This document shows positions 42,561 through 44,462 of a stretch of 44,462 bases of DNA, piece after piece. This DNA is from an archaeon (GTDB lineage Archaea > AGJL01 > Methanococci > Methanococcales > Methanocaldococcaceae). The translations under genes and the position numbers were made by a program. The first letter of the stretch is position 1, and the number at the start of each line of letters is the position of its first letter. The notes under the pieces are model-generated. The model saw only the letters and a list, made by a program, of their open reading frames with translations. It ran no database searches and was not told the DNA's origin. The stretch spans positions 1 through 44,462 of the forward strand of contig JAJRSC010000024.1 in the NCBI GenBank assembly GCA_024278985.1, given 5' to 3'.

Positions 42561-43694
42561 ATGGGGAAATTAGTAAGAATATTTTTAGTTATATCAGTTT
42601 TAATAATATTTGCCAATTATTTTATGCTAATAATAAACCCCAAAGATATTGAGAAATTTACAAACTATAATAAAAATGCTGAATATGAAAATATAGAATA
42701 TAATAATTATACAATGAATATAATCAACAATAAAATCCATATAATTAAAAAAGAACAAATTTCAACAGATTCAAATATCCTTTGGAGATACTCTCTTGAA
42801 AAGGCAATTATTCATGCTCTATCTAATGAAGAACTTGAAAAAATAAAGTCTTTAGCAGATAATTTAAAGGGAAATACTATTCAAGAAAGTGTATGGAATA
42901 TCTTAGAATGGGAAAATAAAAATATAAAATATGATTACAAAAAGGCCTCCTTACCAAACCCAGAATTTATAATATATAGTAATGGAAGTATTAAATTTAT
43001 AAAAGGTAAAGAAAATATAATTCAAACTCCTTATGAAACTATAACACTAAAAAAAGGAATTTGTGGAGATTATGCAATATTAACTGCAGGATTATTATTA
43101 TCTATGGGTTATTCTCCAGTTTATATATTCTCAATTAAGTTTAAAAATAATGATTCTGGGCATGTTGTAGCAGCTATTAATATAAATGGAGGATTTTTTA
43201 TTTTAGACCAGCATCCTCCAGTATATGATTTAGGTTCTTATTATAAGTATATGAAAACTAAGGAAAATAAAATTATTGCAAATGCAACAATATACGAAAT
43301 TGAGTTAAATAATGGAAGTGCAACAATAACTAAAAAAGGAATAGTCAAGGGTTCTGATTTTTTATTACAGGACTATACTTTTACAGATAAAGATAGGAAG
43401 ATAATTACTAAGGATTTATTATTAATGATTATACATAACTTTAATTTAAAACCTGACAGCTCTCTCCCAGAGTTTCCAAAATCTTATAGGTATTTCAAAA
43501 AATGGGTAATTACTTATGATTATTTTCCAGAATATTATAATCCAATATTTCATAAAGAGTTTGTAACTTACTTATATAAAGGAATAATATCAGATAAAAA
43601 AATATTAGAAGATTTAAAAGATTATTCTGCTATATGGGTAGATTCTAAGATAAAAAATGATAATTTGGAGGTTATTATCTACTTAGCTAAGTAA
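42561..43694 (+). CDS. Membrane-anchored transglutaminase-like (cysteine protease fold) protein
   Basis: N-terminal hydrophobic anchor; GICGDYA (Cys), SGHVVA (His), LDQH (Asp). Confidence 0.82.
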   Translation: MGKLVRIFLVISVLIIFANYFMLIINPKDIEKFTNYNKNAEYENIEYNNYTMNIINNKIHIIKKEQISTDSNILWRYSLEKAIIHALSNEELEKIKSLADNLKGNTIQESVWNILEWENKNIKYDYKKASLPNPEFIIYSNGSIKFIKGKENIIQTPYETITLKKGICGDYAILTAGLLLSMGYSPVYIFSIKFKNNDSGHVVAAININGGFFILDQHPPVYDLGSYYKYMKTKENKIIANATIYEIELNNGSATITKKGIVKGSDFLLQDYTFTDKDRKIITKDLLLMIIHNFNLKPDSSLPEFPKSYRYFKKWVITYDYFPEYYNPIFHKEFVTYLYKGIISDKKILEDLKDYSAIWVDSKIKNDNLEVIIYLAK

Positions 43695-44462
43695 ATCTTC
43701 TAAATAAATAACCTCCAAAGAATCCAATAATAATCCCTACAAAGAGTCCAATAATTGTATTGTAAGGATTGAACTCTTCAGTATTCTCTATATATATAGG
43801 TTTTTCAATTGAGTATGTTGGTTCATACTTTATATATGAACTATTTAATGCTTTTAAAATATCTACATCCATTTGAGCATAGTAGGAACTATATTTATAG
43901 TACATTGCCTTAGAAATAGTGTCATTTAGATTATTGGCATATTCATAGTAAGATAATGCTGATAGAGGGATAATATTATATGATTCAGCATAATTAATTT
44001 TATTTTTAGCATATTCTTTAAGATAAGATAAATCATTTGTTAATATTATTAATGGCATTTCACATTTAACTGATGAATCTATACTTTTAGCAATAGATAA
44101 AAGATAATCTCCATTATTATATGCTTTTTTAGCATATTCCAAATCATTTGAATCTATATTTAACATTGGATACATACTTGTTATGTATGCATAAATAACT
44201 TCTGCATTTGATAAATATTGCTGTGCTAATGGTTAAAGTTTCTTAATATCTATTTTTTTACCTGTATCATTATCTAAATTTATCCACCATATTGCTGATT
44301 CACTTCTTAATTTAGCATATGCACCATATTATATAGCTTTATCAAGTTCTCCAAGATAATAGGATTTCCAAGCTTTGTCCATTAAATTTTTTGCTTCAAA
44401 AATTCTTTCTCTTCCAGCTAAGATTACCTCAAAATTATCTGTTGTTATTGGTTTGCTATAAA
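43687..44462 (-). pseudogene. C-terminal part of a membrane-anchored protein resembling archaeal S16 (Lon-like) serine protease; two in-frame TAA codons, runs off the window
   Basis: The same frame continues upstream of 44175 (..[55 protein letters not shown]..) with TAA at 44329-44331 and 44233-44235; helical YYEYA repeat region and C-terminal TM. The catalytic domain is outside the window, so the family call is tentative. Confidence 0.6.

Overview
Very AT-rich, gene-dense chromosomal segment from a hyperthermophilic methanogen of the Methanocaldococcus type. The assignment rests on the CRISPR repeat, methanogenesis marker 5, HcgE, AksF, TfrB and an EhbD-like subunit. The window opens with the trailer end of a CRISPR array (12 repeats, 11 spacers, one spacer duplicated, spacers mostly antisense to coding-like sequence), followed by about 40 mostly housekeeping genes. 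The most unusual element is a bacterial-type MutS1 gene (one-base frameshift as assembled) with no adjacent MutL; it overlaps a small orphan gene with a restriction-endonuclease-like (PD-ExE) motif and is divergent from a start-less PP2C phosphatase. The ORF track misses two box C/D guide RNAs, an H/ACA-type RNA with an upstream K-turn hairpin, and a 47-aa Trm112 gene. Several lesions may be assembly errors and should be checked against reads: the mutS and bioA frameshifts, the in-frame RNase J-IdsA fusion, and two in-frame TAA codons in the last gene. All family assignments come from motif recognition, not database searches.
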